Origin: Promethearchaeia archaeon
GTDB lineage: Archaea > Asgardarchaeota > Lokiarchaeia > Sigyniarchaeales > SOKP01
Assembly (NCBI GenBank): GCA_029856145.1
Contig: JAHQWK010000011.1
Coordinates: 117,506-181,505 of the forward strand
Reading direction: 5' to 3'
DNA length: 64,000 nucleotides
The notes below the pieces were generated by a model, which searched no databases, was not told the DNA's origin, and was given only the letters and a program-made list of their open reading frames with translations. The translations under genes were made by a program, and so were the position numbers. Positions 61,404-64,000 of the stretch are shown here, in pieces (position 1 is the first letter of the stretch; the number at the start of each line of letters is the position of its first letter).

Positions 61404-62231
61404 ATGCCTTATTTCAAGAACCAAGAGGGTTACAATCTATATTATGAAAATATTAACCCAGATTCAAAAACTTGTACCATTATTTTACTTCATGGATTTG
61501 CCTCTTCTGCTTCTTTCTTTAAAGCACAAATAAATATCTTGAAGAAGAATTATCGAATTATTGCTTTTGATGCATTAGGGCATGGGAGGAGTGATCACCC
61601 CCAAGAAATTAATCTCTCAAAAAATCTCAGATATGATATCATTAGAGACTTAGAAGATCTTCTAAAATATTTGGAAGTAAGCGAAAAATACGGTATAATA
61701 GGGCACTCTCTTGTAGGGGGGATGATTGGTCAACTCTTCGCAGTAAAACATCCTGAAGATATCAAATTTCTTATCTTATTGAATTCCGGATACATTATGA
61801 TTGATAATGTTATAAGAAATATATTTTATAATTTACTCCCATATTTTATCCGAATGAATTTTCTTGATGTGCTAGCAAATTCTGTTGAAAAAATATTAGA
61901 TAAAACTATACCATATATTATTACGGCTTTATCTGATTCTTTAGCTGGACTAAAATTAACAAAAGATCAATTACATATGCAAATTGAAGATCAAATTTTT
62001 CGAATGATTCATGAAATAAAAGAATACGATCCATCAGATATTAGCTGCCCTACTCTAATAATTGGTGGAAGGCTTGATAATTTTGCTCCAGAGCAGATGT
62101 CGGAAGAATTGCATAGAATGATCCCTAATTCTTCATTAAGTATAATTGATATTGCAGGACATTTCGCTCCTGCTCAGAGGAAAGAGGTAGTTAATGAATT
62201 AATTTGTGATTTTATTAAAACTCTTAAATGA
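61404..62231 (+). CDS. Alpha/beta hydrolase
   Basis: LLHGF, DALGHGRSD, GHSLVGG, PTLIIGGRLD, AGHF; start re-called to MPYF. Confidence 0.85.
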   Translation: MPYFKNQEGYNLYYENINPDSKTCTIILLHGFASSASFFKAQINILKKNYRIIAFDALGHGRSDHPQEINLSKNLRYDIIRDLEDLLKYLEVSEKYGIIGHSLVGGMIGQLFAVKHPEDIKFLILLNSGYIMIDNVIRNIFYNLLPYFIRMNFLDVLANSVEKILDKTIPYIITALSDSLAGLKLTKDQLHMQIEDQIFRMIHEIKEYDPSDISCPTLIIGGRLDNFAPEQMSEELHRMIPNSSLSIIDIAGHFAPAQRKEVVNELICDFIKTLK

Positions 62232-62252
62232 ATTCGTTTAGATTGATATATC

Positions 62253-62624
62253 ATGAATGAAAAAAATGACACAAATACAACTATTTCATTTTTTAAAAAA
62301 GAAGTAAAAAAATTTGTTGAAGACCGAAATTGGATTAAATACCATACTCCTAAGAATTTGGTTCAAGCTATAAATTGCGAAGCTGGAGAATTATCTCAGT
62401 TATTATTGTTTAAAGATTATATGAAAGAGGATATTTTTGATAATAAGGCTCTCCTTACAAATATTTCTGATGAAATTGCTGATGTATTTATTTACCTTAT
62501 AAGTCTGATTAATGCTTTAGACATAGATTTAAGCCAAATTTTTATAAACAAAATGGAAAAAAATAAAAAAAAATATTCAAGTAAAGAATTTAATAATGGA
62601 ATATATTATAAAAAATCAAATTAA
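62253..62624 (+). CDS. MazG-like nucleotide pyrophosphohydrolase (dCTP pyrophosphatase type)
   Basis: RNWIKYHTPKNL..EAGEL..DEIADVFIYL. Confidence 0.88.
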   Translation: MNEKNDTNTTISFFKKEVKKFVEDRNWIKYHTPKNLVQAINCEAGELSQLLLFKDYMKEDIFDNKALLTNISDEIADVFIYLISLINALDIDLSQIFINKMEKNKKKYSSKEFNNGIYYKKSN

Positions 62625-62635
62625 GAGAATTAAAA

Positions 62636-63106
62636 ATGACTAATATAAATAAAGATCTATTAGCTCCATGTGGGCTTTATTGTGGTGTATGTGCTATACA
62701 TATCGCTGATAGAGACAATAATTTAAAGTTTAAAGAAAAACTCGTCGATGTCTACAAACCTTTTACAAAATCTATTGAAGATATTAAATGTTCGGGCTGT
62801 CTCTCAGAAAACCAAGAGAATATATTTGGATATTGTCAAACATGTCCAATCAGAGATTGCATAAAAAGTAAAGGAATTGATGGTTGTTATCAATGTGATG
62901 ATTTTCCGTGCAAAATCATAGAACGATTTCCTTTCCCTGTTGGTAAAAAAGTTATTCTAAGAGCAATACCTCGATGGAAAGAAATAGGAACTGAAAAATG
63001 GGTTGAAGAAGAGGAGAAAAGATATCATTGCCCTGAATGCGATAATTTTTTATTCCGAGGGGCAAAACGATGTAATAAATGTGGAATTTCAGTTAATGTA
63101 GATTGA
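62636..63106 (+). CDS. DUF3795-type Cys-rich protein with zinc ribbon
   Basis: APCGLYCGVC, CSGC, CPIRDC, CYQCDDFPC, CPEC..CNKC. Confidence 0.85.
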   Translation: MTNINKDLLAPCGLYCGVCAIHIADRDNNLKFKEKLVDVYKPFTKSIEDIKCSGCLSENQENIFGYCQTCPIRDCIKSKGIDGCYQCDDFPCKIIERFPFPVGKKVILRAIPRWKEIGTEKWVEEEEKRYHCPECDNFLFRGAKRCNKCGISVNVD

Positions 63107-63168
63107 AGGAAATTTTATTTTTTTATTAATAATAAGAATTTTTATGGCTTTTTCTATTATTATTTACC

Positions 63169-64000
63169 ATGGTTGCTAAGAATTTGGATGAGATAATTAA
63201 GGAACAATTAAACTACACCTTAAAGGAAACAGAATTTTCTAACTTGGGGGAATTTTATCAAGGAAAAGTTAGAGATAACTATACAAAAAAAGATAAAAGA
63301 ATAATTATTGCAACAGATCGTTTAAGTGCTTTTGATAGAGTAATAACTACAATTCCATTTAAAGGGCAATTATTAAACCAGGTTTCATCCTTCTGGTTTG
63401 AAAAAACTAAAGAAATTGTTAAAAATCACATTATTGATATACCAGATCCGAATGTATCTGTCGTTCATCAATGCAAGACAGTTCCAGTCGAAGTAGTTAT
63501 AAGAGGGTATTTGACTGGAAGCATGTGGCGTGATTATGATAAAGGAAAACCCACTTCTGGTATAATGCCTCCAAACGGAATGAAAAAAAATCAGAAATTT
63601 GATGAAATAATAGTTACCCCCTCAACAAAAGCAGAATCAGGTCATGATATTTACCTACCAAGAGAAGAGATCCTAAAGCGTGGTTTGGTTGATAAAGATG
63701 TTTATGAACAAATCGAAGAAGCTGCGTTTAAATTATTTAAATTCGGACAAGAGTTTTGTGAAAAGAATGGTCTTATTTTGGTCGATACCAAGTATGAATT
63801 TGGGGTAAAAGAAGGAGAATTAATGGTTATTGATGAAATTCATACTCAAGACTCATCTAGATTCTGTATCATCGATACTTAAAACGAAAAGTTTGAAAAA
63901 GGAGATGATCCCGATATATTAGATAAAGAAATCTTTAGAGGGTGGCTTATGGAAAGTTACCCCACAATTTTTCCTGATAGTAAACCCGATGAAGTTATTC
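63169..64000 (+). pseudogene. purC: SAICAR synthetase with an in-frame stop (pseudogene or sequence error); runs off the window end
   Basis: GKVRD, TDRLSAFD, LVDTKYEFG, DEIHTQDSSRF; TAA at 63880-63882 followed in frame by NEKFEKGDDPDILDKEIFRGWL. Confidence 0.85.

Noticed and set aside
1-64000. CRISPR arrays, tRNA/rRNA genes, transposases, selenoprotein TGA readthrough
   Set aside because: No spaced repeats, cloverleafs, transposase motifs or TGA-interrupted redox genes recognised by eye; a tRNAscan/Infernal run would be needed to exclude small RNAs

Overview
AT-rich archaeal chromosomal window, most consistent with an Asgard archaeon of the Lokiarchaeia type. This is inferred from RadA, a single-unit tRNA-intron endonuclease, an A/V-type ATPase, GGTGA-type Shine-Dalgarno sites and an LRR protein with an N-terminal domain typical of Loki genomes. 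Contents in order: an alpha-glucan/sugar-nucleotide cluster (GalT-like, NDP-sugar pyrophosphorylase, GH57, degenerate phosphohexomutase); two tandem orphan DppB-type permeases; radA; three OsmC-like genes; MEMO1; endA; a radical SAM/SPASM + methyltransferase-TPR cluster; a rearranged A/V-ATPase operon; a decaying accessory island (~35-40.7 kb); 2-hydroxyacyl-CoA dehydratase genes; glmS/glmM; an FAD-oxidase/Fe-S/FGGY-kinase operon; and a purC interrupted by a stop codon. The best candidate for a new system is 18.7-22.5 kb, where two paralogous ~80-aa single-TM peptides (shared FY[RK]IGKELGL N-block and YP[AS]GT[GL]YS[ST]V C-block) bracket the radical SAM/SPASM enzyme and the methyltransferase, suggesting an archaeal RiPP or membrane-peptide maturation system. 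Other highlights: a 28-bp promoter-region segment that is exactly inverted between the two dppB copies inside 13-bp inverted repeats; a second AtpA with GER changed to GEP; and ATPase subunits D and E that appear to need ATA/ATT start codons. No CRISPR array, tRNA, rRNA or intact transposase was recognised. All family calls are from motif reading; no database search was run.
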